From the IMG/VR virus record IMGVR_UViG_3300042867_001113: 64,000 nucleotides of DNA; one strand, written 5' to 3'. Each line of letters begins with the position of its first letter. The first letter of the stretch is position 1. The translations under genes were made by a program, and so were the position numbers. Source of the DNA: a virus. This document shows positions 1-9,146 of this stretch, in pieces. The notes under the pieces are model-generated. The model ran no database searches. It saw only the letters and a list, made by a program, of their open reading frames with translations, and was not told where the DNA came from.

Positions 1-102
1 AAGAAAGGAACGGGTCTGGTCGGCGAGGCGCTTGAGGCTGGACATCGGAACTCCTGATGAGGGGGTCAAGACGAAAGACCGTACCCCAGCACTGAAATTC
101 TC

Positions 103-912
103 TCAAGATTCAAGGAGCGCTTTGGCCGTGTCTTTGGACTTATCGAGCGCTTTCAGAGCCTGCTTTCCAGCCTCCTCAATGATCGGCGCCAAGAAGTCAT
201 TGACGTCTTCGTTGGAGTGCTTGCAGTAGGCCAGCACCTTGTCGAGCGCCTTCTTGGTGTTGCGATTCATCTGCACATAGATGTGCTCTTGCTTGCCGAA
301 TGAGAACACCATGAAAGACAGGTTCACCGTGTCGCCGTGCTTGGCGAAGAGGTGCTGGAGGATGTTCGAGAGGTCTTCGACCGTCTTGGCTTCTTTGGCC
401 TTGTCGTCGAACTCGTCCTGCAGCTCTTTCGGAAGCGACTTCTTCAGCCCGCGCTTCACGTCGCCGACGATCTTCTGGAAGCCCTTCGTGTCGGCGTAGC
501 CCATCAGCTGCTGGAGAGCGTCGGCCCCGTACTTTTCCGCCATCTCACCGTAGAGCTTGGCGAATTTCTCGGGATCCAGTTTTCCCTTCAACACGTTCAA
601 TCGAACGGTAACGAACTTCTGAAGGTCTTCGTCTTGCCACTTGGAGTCTGAGAGAACAGCGCAAGGCAGTTCGTCGAGACCGATGATTTTCGCCGCTTGC
701 CAACGGTGCTCACCACCGATGATGCGATAGGTGCCGTCGTCCATTGGCACAACCTCAAGCGGGTCGAGGAAGCCTACATCGCGAATCTCATCGACGAGCC
801 GCTGGAAGGTGATCTCGTCCTGTCCTTGCGGGTTCCAAGAGTTCGGGTGGATGAGGTCGATCGGGATGTGGCGAAGTTCGATGCGACCGGGCTTGACGTC
901 AGGGTGGCTCAA
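103..912 (-). CDS. ParB/Sulfiredoxin-like N-terminal domain protein
   Basis: IPIDLIHPNSWNP...LVDEIRDVGFLDPLEV...YRIIGGEHRWQAA is the ParB-N signature; TTG start. Confidence 0.85.
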   Translation of the reverse strand: MSHPDVKPGRIELRHIPIDLIHPNSWNPQGQDEITFQRLVDEIRDVGFLDPLEVVPMDDGTYRIIGGEHRWQAAKIIGLDELPCAVLSDSKWQDEDLQKFVTVRLNVLKGKLDPEKFAKLYGEMAEKYGADALQQLMGYADTKGFQKIVGDVKRGLKKSLPKELQDEFDDKAKEAKTVEDLSNILQHLFAKHGDTVNLSFMVFSFGKQEHIYVQMNRNTKKALDKVLAYCKHSNEDVNDFLAPIIEEAGKQALKALDKSKDTAKALLES

Positions 913-920
913 AGGATGTC

Positions 921-1142
921 CTACTGGATGACTTCGACGAGGGTGGCGCTCTTGGAGGCAACCACCTTCATCTCGTTGGTGAACTGATGAAAAACTTGAT
1001 CCCGCTCAACTTCTTGGGAGGAATCTAGCTCCTGCAACCACGCCTCATCAGCGAAGCGCGCGCGCCACCGTTCAACGATGGCGTGGAGAAGATCCAACTC
1101 TCCCGACAGCAGTTCAGCAGTGATTGGCCACGGGTTGTTCAA
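921..1142 (-). CDS. hypothetical protein
   Basis: Fills the gap in the leftward operon; overlaps the upstream stop. Confidence 0.55.
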   Translation of the reverse strand: MNNPWPITAELLSGELDLLHAIVERWRARFADEAWLQELDSSQEVERDQVFHQFTNEMKVVASKSATLVEVIQ

Positions 1143-2200
1143 GCAGACTCCGGTTCGTCAGTGCTGGAGGCAGCGGCTTTGGCGGCAGCCGCAAGGGCCC
1201 CAAGTCCGTACACCACCTCGTCGTCATCGTCGACCACCACCAAGCGAAGGCCGACAGACTTCTCGATCTTGGAGAGGAAGCGAAGGCGCTGCTCGACAGA
1301 CGCGCCGCTCCAGTCCGCTCCTGAGAGGAAGTCGAGACAGATGAGCGAGATAAGGGTGGATGGTGCCTTTGTTTCGCGACCAACCAACTCCTGCGCACGC
1401 TTGAGGGCGAGGTTCACCGTCTCGGCTTGCTCGGACTCCAACTGGAAGACCTTGCTGACCCACTTCCGGTCCACGAACGCTTCGCTGGCGGTGTCCGCGT
1501 AGTCGCCGGTCGGGCGGGCTTTCGGCACTGCTGGAGGAACCGAGTGCGGAATAAGTGTTGGTTTATAGGGCTCTGCGCTGGAAATCTCAGGTACATTCTC
1601 AGCCTGAAGAAGACCCTCAGGCACCTCATTGGAGGCTGCGATGGGATCCGGCTGACGAGCAATGTCCGCCTGAATCTGGCGGGCCTGTTCCATCGCGACG
1701 GTGCGCTTGATGATCTCAACCAGCGTCGTGTAGTTCACCGTCTCAGCACGGTCGATCCACTCCACCATGTTCGCCTTCGTGAGGACGCGGACCAGCTCGC
1801 GAGCTTTTGACCATCCCAGCCGAATGAATCGCTTCTTCAGCTCCGGGTTCTGCCCGAGGCCGTCCAGCTCCACCTCGACACGGTAGAAAATGCGGACCAG
1901 ACGCTGCGCCTTCTTGTAGTGAAGGGACAGCTCCTTCTCGGCGAATTCACCGATGTTGTTGTAGCCCCACTTCGCGAGCACGGAGCCGTTCTTGGGGTCG
2001 CCGTCCACCGGGGCGTCGTAGATGCGGTAGAGGATCTCCCCGAGTTCGAGGTAGCCCGTCTCGACCTGCTCGGCGAGCACGCGGGCTCGGTGCCGGATGC
2101 GACCGGCCCACGACTTTGACCCGACGTCCACGTCGACACGGTAGTTCTTGGGCTCCTCGTCAGGAGTCGGAAGCAGGGTCAGAGCGGTTGGGTTCGTCAA
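1139..2200 (-). CDS. hypothetical protein, possibly DNA-binding (DUF3102-like N-terminal half)
   Basis: 353 aa; ELGEILY...WGY...FAEKEL...LGWSKAREL pattern; GGAG SD before TTG. Confidence 0.6.
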   Translation of the reverse strand: MTNPTALTLLPTPDEEPKNYRVDVDVGSKSWAGRIRHRARVLAEQVETGYLELGEILYRIYDAPVDGDPKNGSVLAKWGYNNIGEFAEKELSLHYKKAQRLVRIFYRVEVELDGLGQNPELKKRFIRLGWSKARELVRVLTKANMVEWIDRAETVNYTTLVEIIKRTVAMEQARQIQADIARQPDPIAASNEVPEGLLQAENVPEISSAEPYKPTLIPHSVPPAVPKARPTGDYADTASEAFVDRKWVSKVFQLESEQAETVNLALKRAQELVGRETKAPSTLISLICLDFLSGADWSGASVEQRLRFLSKIEKSVGLRLVVVDDDDEVVYGLGALAAAAKAAASSTDEPESA

Positions 2201-2528
2201 GCGTTACTCCTCGGATTGGCTGCGGCGGGCCGAAGAAGGACAGCTCCCATGCTCGAATCTCAGTTGCACGTCCAGCGGGGGAGTCGCGGTTCATCAGCTC
2301 GCCTTCGACGAGGACGTAACACCCTTTCTCCAGTTTTCCGCGACAGGCCTCAACGAGCCCGTCGATGTAGACGTTGACTTTGACGCACACCGTCAAGCTT
2401 CCTCGGTTTGTGGGACGCTCGGACTCGACGAAGAACGTGCAGACGTTCGCGCCTTGGACGTGGGTTTTGGAGAAGGTGATGCGATCGGTGATGTGTCCAG
2501 CAATGAAGACTCGGTTGAGGCCGCGCAT
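2160..2528 (-). CDS. ssb: single-stranded DNA-binding protein (bacterial type)
   Basis: MRGLNRVFIAGHI...LEKGCYVLVEGEL...TEIRAWELSF OB-fold pattern. Confidence 0.85.
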   Translation of the reverse strand: MRGLNRVFIAGHITDRITFSKTHVQGANVCTFFVESERPTNRGSLTVCVKVNVYIDGLVEACRGKLEKGCYVLVEGELMNRDSPAGRATEIRAWELSFFGPPQPIRGVTLDEPNRSDPASDS

Positions 2529-3136
2529 TCAACCATCCTTCGCAGAAGCAAGACCTCCGCACTATCGCGGCAAGCGACCACAGCCGCAAGCGCATCGTAA
2601 GGGTGTTCGAGCTGGGTGGCTGGGATGCCAGCGTTCGTCATCAGGCCGTTGGGCCCAACGAGGTCGGCGCGGAAAAGAAGGTTCAGCGACGCTTGTACCT
2701 CCTCCTTGGAGGCAGACTTGTCTTGGCACATGGTCTTCTTGATCTCTTGCGGGGACGCCTGCGTCACCGGGATCCTCTTCAGCGCCGAGAAGGCCGCAAT
2801 CACTCCCCAGCACATCGCCATCTTCGCCGCGACGGAGGAGCTTCGAGGGAACGACATCGTCTCCGCACAGATGATCTTGATGTCGTAGGACGACACCACG
2901 GAGTTCAGCCACGAAGCAATCTCTTTAGCCCGCTCCAAGTTGTCGTCGGAGGCGCGGACCTTCCGCTTTGCTGATGCCTTCGACGTGCGGAACACGGTCA
3001 TCTTCACCGGGCGGTCATCCTGCGGGTTCGGTCCAACGGCGTAAACGCAGAGGCCGATCGACGCGAAGCCCGGGTCGAGGCCCAGCACGTAGAGAGGTCG
3101 AAAAGAGCCAAGCGGGGCAAGAGGAAATTCGTTCAT
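2393..3136 (-). CDS. ruvC: RuvC Holliday junction resolvase
   Basis: VLGLDPG...ICAE...SPQEIKK...ASKEEVQ...HPYDALAA; 3' end overlaps ssb by 136 nt. Confidence 0.85.
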   Translation of the reverse strand: MNEFPLAPLGSFRPLYVLGLDPGFASIGLCVYAVGPNPQDDRPVKMTVFRTSKASAKRKVRASDDNLERAKEIASWLNSVVSSYDIKIICAETMSFPRSSSVAAKMAMCWGVIAAFSALKRIPVTQASPQEIKKTMCQDKSASKEEVQASLNLLFRADLVGPNGLMTNAGIPATQLEHPYDALAAVVACRDSAEVLLLRRMVECAASTESSLLDTSPIASPSPKPTSKARTSARSSSSPSVPQTEEA

Positions 3137-3477
3137 CGACGACTCGGTGGGATGCGAGCGGCGGTGCGCTCGGTGAGGATGATCACGCCGAGGACATCGT
3201 CGGCGTCTTTGGGTGGCAGCCGTCCATCAGTGAAGACGAAACGTCTCTCAGAGTTTCGTTCAATTGAAGCGATGGTTGATGGGACAACTGGACTTTGAGA
3301 TTTCCCCCAAGCGCTCTCGTAAAGAACGCACGCGCCGCAAATGAACAGCGGCGACTGCCTACCAAGCGTGATGCCCCAGCGAGCCTGCGGCTTGTCGCAC
3401 TTGGAGCAGTGGGCGCCCCACAGCTTCTGAGGCAGGGGGTTGATGTAGGTCAGAGAGGCAAGCGGGTCTTCGCGCAT
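3133..3477 (-). CDS. hypothetical protein with two CxxC motifs
   Basis: ATG at 3477 coupled to the upstream stop (TGATG); CSKC...CGAC. Confidence 0.6.
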   Translation of the reverse strand: MREDPLASLTYINPLPQKLWGAHCSKCDKPQARWGITLGRQSPLFICGACVLYESAWGKSQSPVVPSTIASIERNSERRFVFTDGRLPPKDADDVLGVIILTERTAARIPPSRR

Positions 3478-4316
3478 CAGGGTCCGCCAAAGCAGGTTTT
3501 GGAAACCGGGCACGCCTTGGCGCGAGCGCAGGAGTCGTTGCCGCAGATGCGGTCGGGCAGGGTCTTCGACTCCATGCCGGACCATACGGACCTGATGAGG
3601 TTGCGGACGAGGTCGATGGTGTCCTCGTCGCGGTCGATGTGGTGCTCCACGAGGCTGCCCAGCCCACTCTCGGCCTTCTGCCAGTAGAGGATCTTCCCCC
3701 ACTTGAACCCGGTGAACATCATGTAGATGTGGGTCTGCACCATGTGCGCGATCTGAGGCACTTGCTTGATCTCCCGCCCACCACGCTCCCCGATGCTCTT
3801 GACCTCAAGGATGCCCATTCCTTGGAGGCCGGGAAGCACGAGGAACCCATCGCTGTGTCCCGTCAGACGCAAAGCGTGATCAACGAACTTGTGCTCAATG
3901 AAACGGAACGCGTGGCTCTCGCACTTCAAACACACCTTCGGCATTGGTCGAGACCAATCCTCTGGGCGTGCGCCGTCGATGTACTCGCCGTACCGCTTCA
4001 AACATCCCAAGCACTCCCACGTCCCGTAAAGCACTCCCGACGGGCCGAGCAGCTCGTTCTGGACAGCCCAATGGAGAGCGGTGCCGTGCAAGAAGGTCAG
4101 GTTGAGACCGACGTCAACGGTATCTCTGCGGACGATCTTGTTGAGGGTGCAGAGCACCTCCTCGCGAGCACAGAGCGATGGAATTCCAGACGCACGGAGG
4201 TAGCTGGCGACGGGATCGAGCGGAGGCTTCGGCTCATCCCGAACAAAAGTCTCAGAGATAATCCTGAGGAGCGACCCGTGGCCGGTCTCTCCCCGCAGTA
4301 CGTTGGCAAGGCTCAT
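3477..4316 (-). CDS. PD-(D/E)XK exonuclease, Cas4/RecB-like
   Basis: GTALH, GHSDG, ILEVKS, Q..IYM and C-terminal C..C..CP...C Fe-S-type cysteines. Confidence 0.8.
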   Translation of the reverse strand: MSLANVLRGETGHGSLLRIISETFVRDEPKPPLDPVASYLRASGIPSLCAREEVLCTLNKIVRRDTVDVGLNLTFLHGTALHWAVQNELLGPSGVLYGTWECLGCLKRYGEYIDGARPEDWSRPMPKVCLKCESHAFRFIEHKFVDHALRLTGHSDGFLVLPGLQGMGILEVKSIGERGGREIKQVPQIAHMVQTHIYMMFTGFKWGKILYWQKAESGLGSLVEHHIDRDEDTIDLVRNLIRSVWSGMESKTLPDRICGNDSCARAKACPVSKTCFGGP

Positions 4317-4335
4317 GTCCAGAGGCGTAACAGGC

Positions 4336-4776
4336 TCAAGCCTTGGTTCCCCAGAGGTCGTCCATCAGACGTCGGCGTGCCGATGCCGCTTCTTTCGTGG
4401 ATTTCCAGCGATGCCCGTCGGGCTCGACGTAGGTCTCCTCGGTGACGTTGCACTCGCACTCTGCGCGATGTTCCGGTTCGACCGTGAGGAAGAGGTGTCG
4501 AGCGCGCCCCGGTTCATGGTTGTCCTCCTCGGCATCCTGCATCGAGAAAGTCTTCCGCACGAACGCGAGGTCTTTGTCGCTCACAACAGACTGGAGGCGA
4601 GATACACTGACGTGCCAAGTCGGCACGTCGGCTTCCTTGTCAACCGGAGACCGCATCTGGTCGATGGCGCTGATCACCAGTAGCCCGCCGCACTTCCACG
4701 AGCGAGCCTTCGTCTCCAGAACCGGGGGAGTCTTGATGGGCTTCCACATGGGAGAGGATGGATTCTTGGGAGTCAC
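4336..4776 (-). CDS. phage hypothetical protein
   Basis: WHVSVS...EEDNHEPGRARHLF; in operon. Confidence 0.6.
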   Translation of the reverse strand: MTPKNPSSPMWKPIKTPPVLETKARSWKCGGLLVISAIDQMRSPVDKEADVPTWHVSVSRLQSVVSDKDLAFVRKTFSMQDAEEDNHEPGRARHLFLTVEPEHRAECECNVTEETYVEPDGHRWKSTKEAASARRRLMDDLWGTKA

Positions 4777-4788
4777 AACGGGGCCTCG

Positions 4789-5238
4789 TCAGTCGCCTGA
4801 AGCAAGTTTTCTCATCCGCTCAAAAACCTCAAGCGGAATAACCACGAGGTCGATGGGTTTTGACGATGGGCTGTGGTGCTTCTCAAAGGTAATGAACAGC
4901 GCGGGGTCTTGGCCTGCAGCTCGGGCGCCGTCGACCACCTGCGTCCACCACTCTCGCTTGATGGACATAGTCGCCGTCTCGGTGCGCTTGTGCTCGACCC
5001 AGAAGTCCCCGATCGTGAGGTCGCCTCGAAGGGTGATGGTCTCGGGTCGTGCGCCGCCTGTGTCGGCTCGAATGGCGTGCTTGGAGAGGCGCTTGGCCCC
5101 TGACTGCGGGAGGCGCTTTCCGCCCAGCTTGGCGGCGAGACGCGTCTCGTGCTTTTGTGAACGCTTGTAGCGGTCGTAGTTCGGTTCTAACCACTTTGGG
5201 CGAGCCTGCTTCTCCGGAGGAGGGTCTTCATCACTCAT
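4789..5238 (-). CDS. Hjc-type PD-(D/E)XK resolvase/endonuclease
   Basis: HE.RLA..LGG...PQSGA...GD...VEHK pattern. Confidence 0.7.
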   Translation of the reverse strand: MSDEDPPPEKQARPKWLEPNYDRYKRSQKHETRLAAKLGGKRLPQSGAKRLSKHAIRADTGGARPETITLRGDLTIGDFWVEHKRTETATMSIKREWWTQVVDGARAAGQDPALFITFEKHHSPSSKPIDLVVIPLEVFERMRKLASGD

Positions 5239-5494
5239 CGATGCGCTCCCAAGTGTGTTCGCAGATCCGGCAGGTGCAGACGACCTTGATGGGGAAGGTC
5301 AGCCCAGCACCTTGCTCGATGGTCACGAACGACATGGCGCACTTCGGGCACTCGTCGACTTCAGGGATTGGCTCGACGGTGTCGGACTGCAGCGCAGCGA
5401 TGACGGCGTCGGTGGCACTCCGGTCAACGACCGGCGGCATGAGGACAGCCCGCAGGAAGTCCTCCAGAGGGTCGTCGTCCGAGTCGTCCGTCAA
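5231..5494 (-). CDS. small zinc-ribbon protein
   Basis: TTG start overlapping the recA stop; CPKC...CRICEHTW. Confidence 0.55.
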   Translation of the reverse strand: MTDDSDDDPLEDFLRAVLMPPVVDRSATDAVIAALQSDTVEPIPEVDECPKCAMSFVTIEQGAGLTFPIKVVCTCRICEHTWERIDE

Positions 5495-6729
5495 GCCCCC
5501 TGCTGGACCGACTTCAACAAGACGTCCGTCACCATCCGCTTGAAGATCGGATCCGCCACCAGCCGCTTCTCGATCTCCGACTTCTTGCCGAAGGACTCCC
5601 CGAGAATCTTCCATGACGTTCCTCCTCCAGAAACAAGCCCAAGCCGTTCAGCGTGGTCGAGAATAAAGTCCTCGAAGTAGAAGTCGCCCAGAGACTTGCT
5701 CTCCGATTCCGACAACATCATGCGGAAGTCGTAACCGACCTTCGCGGTACTTGACTTTGACTTGTCGAGAGAAAAGCCAAAATCCGCGTAGAGAGGGCGC
5801 TCGCCAAGGTCGTCCATCTTGAACTTGCCGGTCTTCATCTTCATCTCGGTCCACGACATGAACCCGGGGGCCAGCCCGCCGGGAGTCGTCTCTGGGTTGC
5901 CGAACATGACGCCGAGCTTCATGCGGATCTGGTTTGTGAAGAACAGCGTTGGTCGCTTCCCTGTGTCGGTCATGACCGAGTTGAGAGCAGCGGTGAACTT
6001 CCGCACGCCCTTGCCAAGAACACGCGCCTGCACACCCATCAAGTCTTTCTCGATGGCTTCCTCGATCTCCTTGGCAGGAGTGAGGAATGCGATGGAGTCG
6101 ATCATCAAGATGTCGCACTTGCCAGACCGCAAGAGCGCCTCGCCAATCGAGAGCGTCTGCTCCGCGTACTCGGGCACGCTGATGAGCACCTTGTCGAGGT
6201 CACAGAAGCGGCTGGCCCATGCTGCGTCGAGCGCGCCTTCGACGTCGATGTAAGCGATAACTGGCTCTCGGGGTCGCTTGCAGATGCAGCGGTCCATGTA
6301 CAGCCAACACTCAGCGCACAGCTTCTGTGCCTCACCGATGGTCGCGTAGAGAACAGTGGTCTTGCAGGAGGACTTGTGACCAATCAGCGTATGGACACCG
6401 CCTTGGGCCCATCCACCCTCCAGTGCAAAGTCGATCGGGAAGACTCCCGTCGGGATGCGCCGGACCTTCCGAGCTTTGATCTCGGACCCTTGGATGAGCG
6501 ACTTCTTCCCGTAGGTCTTCATCGTCGCCGCGATTATTTCCGACGACAGCAGAGCCCCCAGTTGTGACCTTGAGTCGTAACCGGGTTTGATGCGGGACGA
6601 GAGGACATCTGCCGTCGTTTCGGGAACCGCATCGTCGACTGCGGCTGAGATGGTCTGGGCCACCTCGGACGCCTCGGCAGAGGTATCGGTGGAAGTATCT
6701 TCAACGGGGATCTTCTTCTTGGATGCCAT
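5491..6729 (-). CDS. recA: RecA-family recombinase
   Basis: IPTG...ID.ALEGG, Walker A GHKSSCKTT, YIDVEGALD, IDSIAFL, NQIRMKLGVMFGNPETTPGG; start at MASKK. Confidence 0.95.
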   Translation of the reverse strand: MASKKKIPVEDTSTDTSAEASEVAQTISAAVDDAVPETTADVLSSRIKPGYDSRSQLGALLSSEIIAATMKTYGKKSLIQGSEIKARKVRRIPTGVFPIDFALEGGWAQGGVHTLIGHKSSCKTTVLYATIGEAQKLCAECWLYMDRCICKRPREPVIAYIDVEGALDAAWASRFCDLDKVLISVPEYAEQTLSIGEALLRSGKCDILMIDSIAFLTPAKEIEEAIEKDLMGVQARVLGKGVRKFTAALNSVMTDTGKRPTLFFTNQIRMKLGVMFGNPETTPGGLAPGFMSWTEMKMKTGKFKMDDLGERPLYADFGFSLDKSKSSTAKVGYDFRMMLSESESKSLGDFYFEDFILDHAERLGLVSGGGTSWKILGESFGKKSEIEKRLVADPIFKRMVTDVLLKSVQQGA

Positions 6730-6740
6730 GGAGCCTCTTC

Positions 6741-7427
6741 TCAGAACGGTGTGGTGGACTTGGTCCCAGACGCGATCTGGCGGATCGCCTTGACCTCGGT
6801 CTGGATGCGATCTTCGGTCCACTTCTTTGCGAAGGAGAAGGCGTCGTCCGTCTCCTCGCGGTAGCAGGGAAGGGAGATGCGGACGTCGATGCGTGCGCTC
6901 TCATAATTCCCGATGTTGAGGGTCAGCCCATAGCCGATCTCCACCATCGCCGGGTTGGTGATGAATGTTCGGACTGCGATCTCTTCGTCCTTAGTTTCAG
7001 GGACGCCGATCTTCCCGTAGACCTTGGTGACAGTCGCCGTTGTGGATTTCACGGTCTCCTTGATGACCGGAGGGGCCTGCGTCCCTGCAACAACCGGCTG
7101 CAGCATCGGCTGCTGGGAGGCTTCCGCCACGGTGGCGATGTCCTTGGCAGCCTTCTTGGTTTTGCGCGCTTCAGGCTTGAGCCGAGGGCGACCCGTCGGT
7201 GTCAGGAGCGGCACGCCATTCTCAAACAGGTGGGTCTCAGGAGAGACAAGGACGCCGTTGACAGTGACGGACTCAGGAGGGTTCGGCGCTTCGGGCTCGG
7301 CTGGGGACGTCGCCTGCTGGATAGCAGCTTCAGCGGCTGCCACCTGTGCGTTGACGGCAGCGATGGCAGCGTCAACGGCGCTGTCGAGGGCAGCGGGAAC
7401 AGCGATGGGGGAAGAGGCTGGGACCAT
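6741..7427 (-). CDS. hypothetical protein
   Basis: ATG at 7427 after GGAG; C-terminal LTLNIGNYESARIDV motif seen in phage proteins. Confidence 0.65.
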   Translation of the reverse strand: MVPASSPIAVPAALDSAVDAAIAAVNAQVAAAEAAIQQATSPAEPEAPNPPESVTVNGVLVSPETHLFENGVPLLTPTGRPRLKPEARKTKKAAKDIATVAEASQQPMLQPVVAGTQAPPVIKETVKSTTATVTKVYGKIGVPETKDEEIAVRTFITNPAMVEIGYGLTLNIGNYESARIDVRISLPCYREETDDAFSFAKKWTEDRIQTEVKAIRQIASGTKSTTPF

Positions 7428-7482
7428 ATGGGACTCCGAGTGATCGTTGTGCTTCCACCGACGTAACAGGACTCCCGAAGGC

Positions 7483-8838
7483 TCACTCCCACCCTTTCGT
7501 TTTGTAGAGGCGATCCCGGTAACCCGCCGACTTGACGCACAAGCTGACCTTCGGGTCGATGATGTCGACCACGATGGGGTCTTTCTTCCCTTCAATAGGG
7601 CGAAGAATGCGGCCCACAGCCTGCTCAACGTCCGAGAACGGTGTGGTCAGGAAGATGGAGTCCAACATCGGGATGTCCAAGCCCTCTTCGGCAAACTGGC
7701 GAGTCGCGAAAATGACCTGCGCTTCCGCAGCGGTTTCCAGCTCCTCCTCCTTCAGGCCGCCAACGTAGAAGCCAGTCGTCGGAACGGGTGTCGACTGCCC
7801 CGTCTTCCACAGTTGCTTGAACAGCGCCTCAAGCGTGTCGAGGTGGTTGAGGCGTTCTGAGAGGACGATGGGCTTCCGGCCCGCGACCACCGCGAGGACG
7901 ATCTGCTCGGCGATCATCTTGTTGCGCGCCGCGTTGCTGCACATGAACTTGAGGAGGACGTTCTTCGAGATGACCTCAGGGTTGAGGGTCGGGGTCTGGA
8001 TGAGCTTGAAGTCCGTCCACACGCGACGCACCTTCGGCTTCATGCGCTGCTCGGCGGAGGTGAAGATCACTGGACCAATCTGCTTCAGGAAGACCTCTTC
8101 AGCCCCGTCCTTGCGGCGAGGGGTCGCGCTCACGCCCAAGCGCCAACGGGCGCGGAACCGGGTGTGCGCTCGGGACCAAGACTCCGCCGCCGTCCGGTGG
8201 CACTCGTCGGTGATGACCAGCCCCGGCCAGTCCCAGAAGTCCTCGCCGTAGTCGCGGTCGCCAACCAAGCTGTGAACCATCGCGATGGCGACGGAGTAGC
8301 CCTTGAACTCGCTGCGGTCCTGCTGAACGATTCCGATCTTCGCTCCGGGAAGAAACTGCGCGATGCGGTCGCGCCACTGGTTCAGCAGGAACTCTTTGTG
8401 AACGATCACCAGAGTTGGGCAGTTCATTCGAGCCATCGCTGCGCACGCGAAAACGGTCTTCCCCCACCCAGTGGTCGCTCGGATGATGCCTCCACCAAAG
8501 CCGTTCCCAAAGGCAGCGGACATCTTGTCGATCGCCTCCTGTTGAGTCGGTCGAAGAGAACCGGCAAACGTGAAGGGGCCGTCCCACAAGTCCTGACGCC
8601 CCGTCGTCGTCATGTCAACGATCTCATGGTGCTCCTTTCGGTTCTCCATGAAGTACGAGCGAGGGATCCCAATGAAGTCGGGCTTCTCAACGTAGAGCGG
8701 AATGGGTGATGGAGGAGGTCCGGGGTACCCCGGAAATGAACGAGGAGTGACCGTGAGCGTCGCCTTGAGAGCGCTTTTCTGCATGTGCGTCAGCTCTGCC
8801 AACGGAATCCATGCGTGCGTGTCCACGACGATCTTCAT
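7483..8838 (-). CDS. superfamily 2 DEAD/H helicase
   Basis: LRPTQ, TTGWGKT, ITDECH, SATPRRKDG, EGLDIP, QAVGRILR. Confidence 0.92.
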   Translation of the reverse strand: MKIVVDTHAWIPLAELTHMQKSALKATLTVTPRSFPGYPGPPPSPIPLYVEKPDFIGIPRSYFMENRKEHHEIVDMTTTGRQDLWDGPFTFAGSLRPTQQEAIDKMSAAFGNGFGGGIIRATTGWGKTVFACAAMARMNCPTLVIVHKEFLLNQWRDRIAQFLPGAKIGIVQQDRSEFKGYSVAIAMVHSLVGDRDYGEDFWDWPGLVITDECHRTAAESWSRAHTRFRARWRLGVSATPRRKDGAEEVFLKQIGPVIFTSAEQRMKPKVRRVWTDFKLIQTPTLNPEVISKNVLLKFMCSNAARNKMIAEQIVLAVVAGRKPIVLSERLNHLDTLEALFKQLWKTGQSTPVPTTGFYVGGLKEEELETAAEAQVIFATRQFAEEGLDIPMLDSIFLTTPFSDVEQAVGRILRPIEGKKDPIVVDIIDPKVSLCVKSAGYRDRLYKTKGWE

Positions 8839-9074
8839 TTGAGGCGTCCTGCCTGAAAGTTGTGCAACGCCCGCAAGGAATGCTGGGCAGATGAGGTCCG
8901 TGCATTGTGTAACTCGCACTCGCGACGGACAGTTGCGTACCAATCAGCCGGAGGAAGGTCGGTCGGTAAGCGGGTCATCCACGAGATGGGGATGCGCAAG
9001 TAGCCTTCAGAAAACTCAACGAGGACGTCCATCTTGTTCAGCCCACGATGGAGGCGGACAGCGAGAACACGCAT
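8835..9074 (-). CDS. hypothetical protein
   Basis: Stop overlaps the helicase ATG (ATGA). Confidence 0.45.
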   Translation of the reverse strand: MRVLAVRLHRGLNKMDVLVEFSEGYLRIPISWMTRLPTDLPPADWYATVRRECELHNARTSSAQHSLRALHNFQAGRLK

Positions 9075-9088
9075 GGCATCATCCTGTG

Positions 9089-9127
9089 AAAAAGCCCGTG
9101 TGCGGCAGAGGGTTGCCGCACACGAGC
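9089..9127 (-). terminator. intrinsic terminator after the phage-type SSB gene
   Basis: Stem CGTGTGCGGCA/TGCCGCACACG followed by a T5 tract on the minus strand. Confidence 0.65.
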
Positions 9128-9146
9128 CGTACTCTGACGCGCTGCG

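Noticed and set aside
103-912. Calling a complete ParABS system
   Set aside because: No ParA in the window and no clear ParB HTH; kept only as a hypothesis tied to the palindrome finding.
3477-4316. Cas4-like nuclease as evidence of a CRISPR-Cas system
   Set aside because: No cas1/cas2 and no repeat-spacer array seen; stand-alone Cas4-like exonucleases are usual in phage recombination modules.
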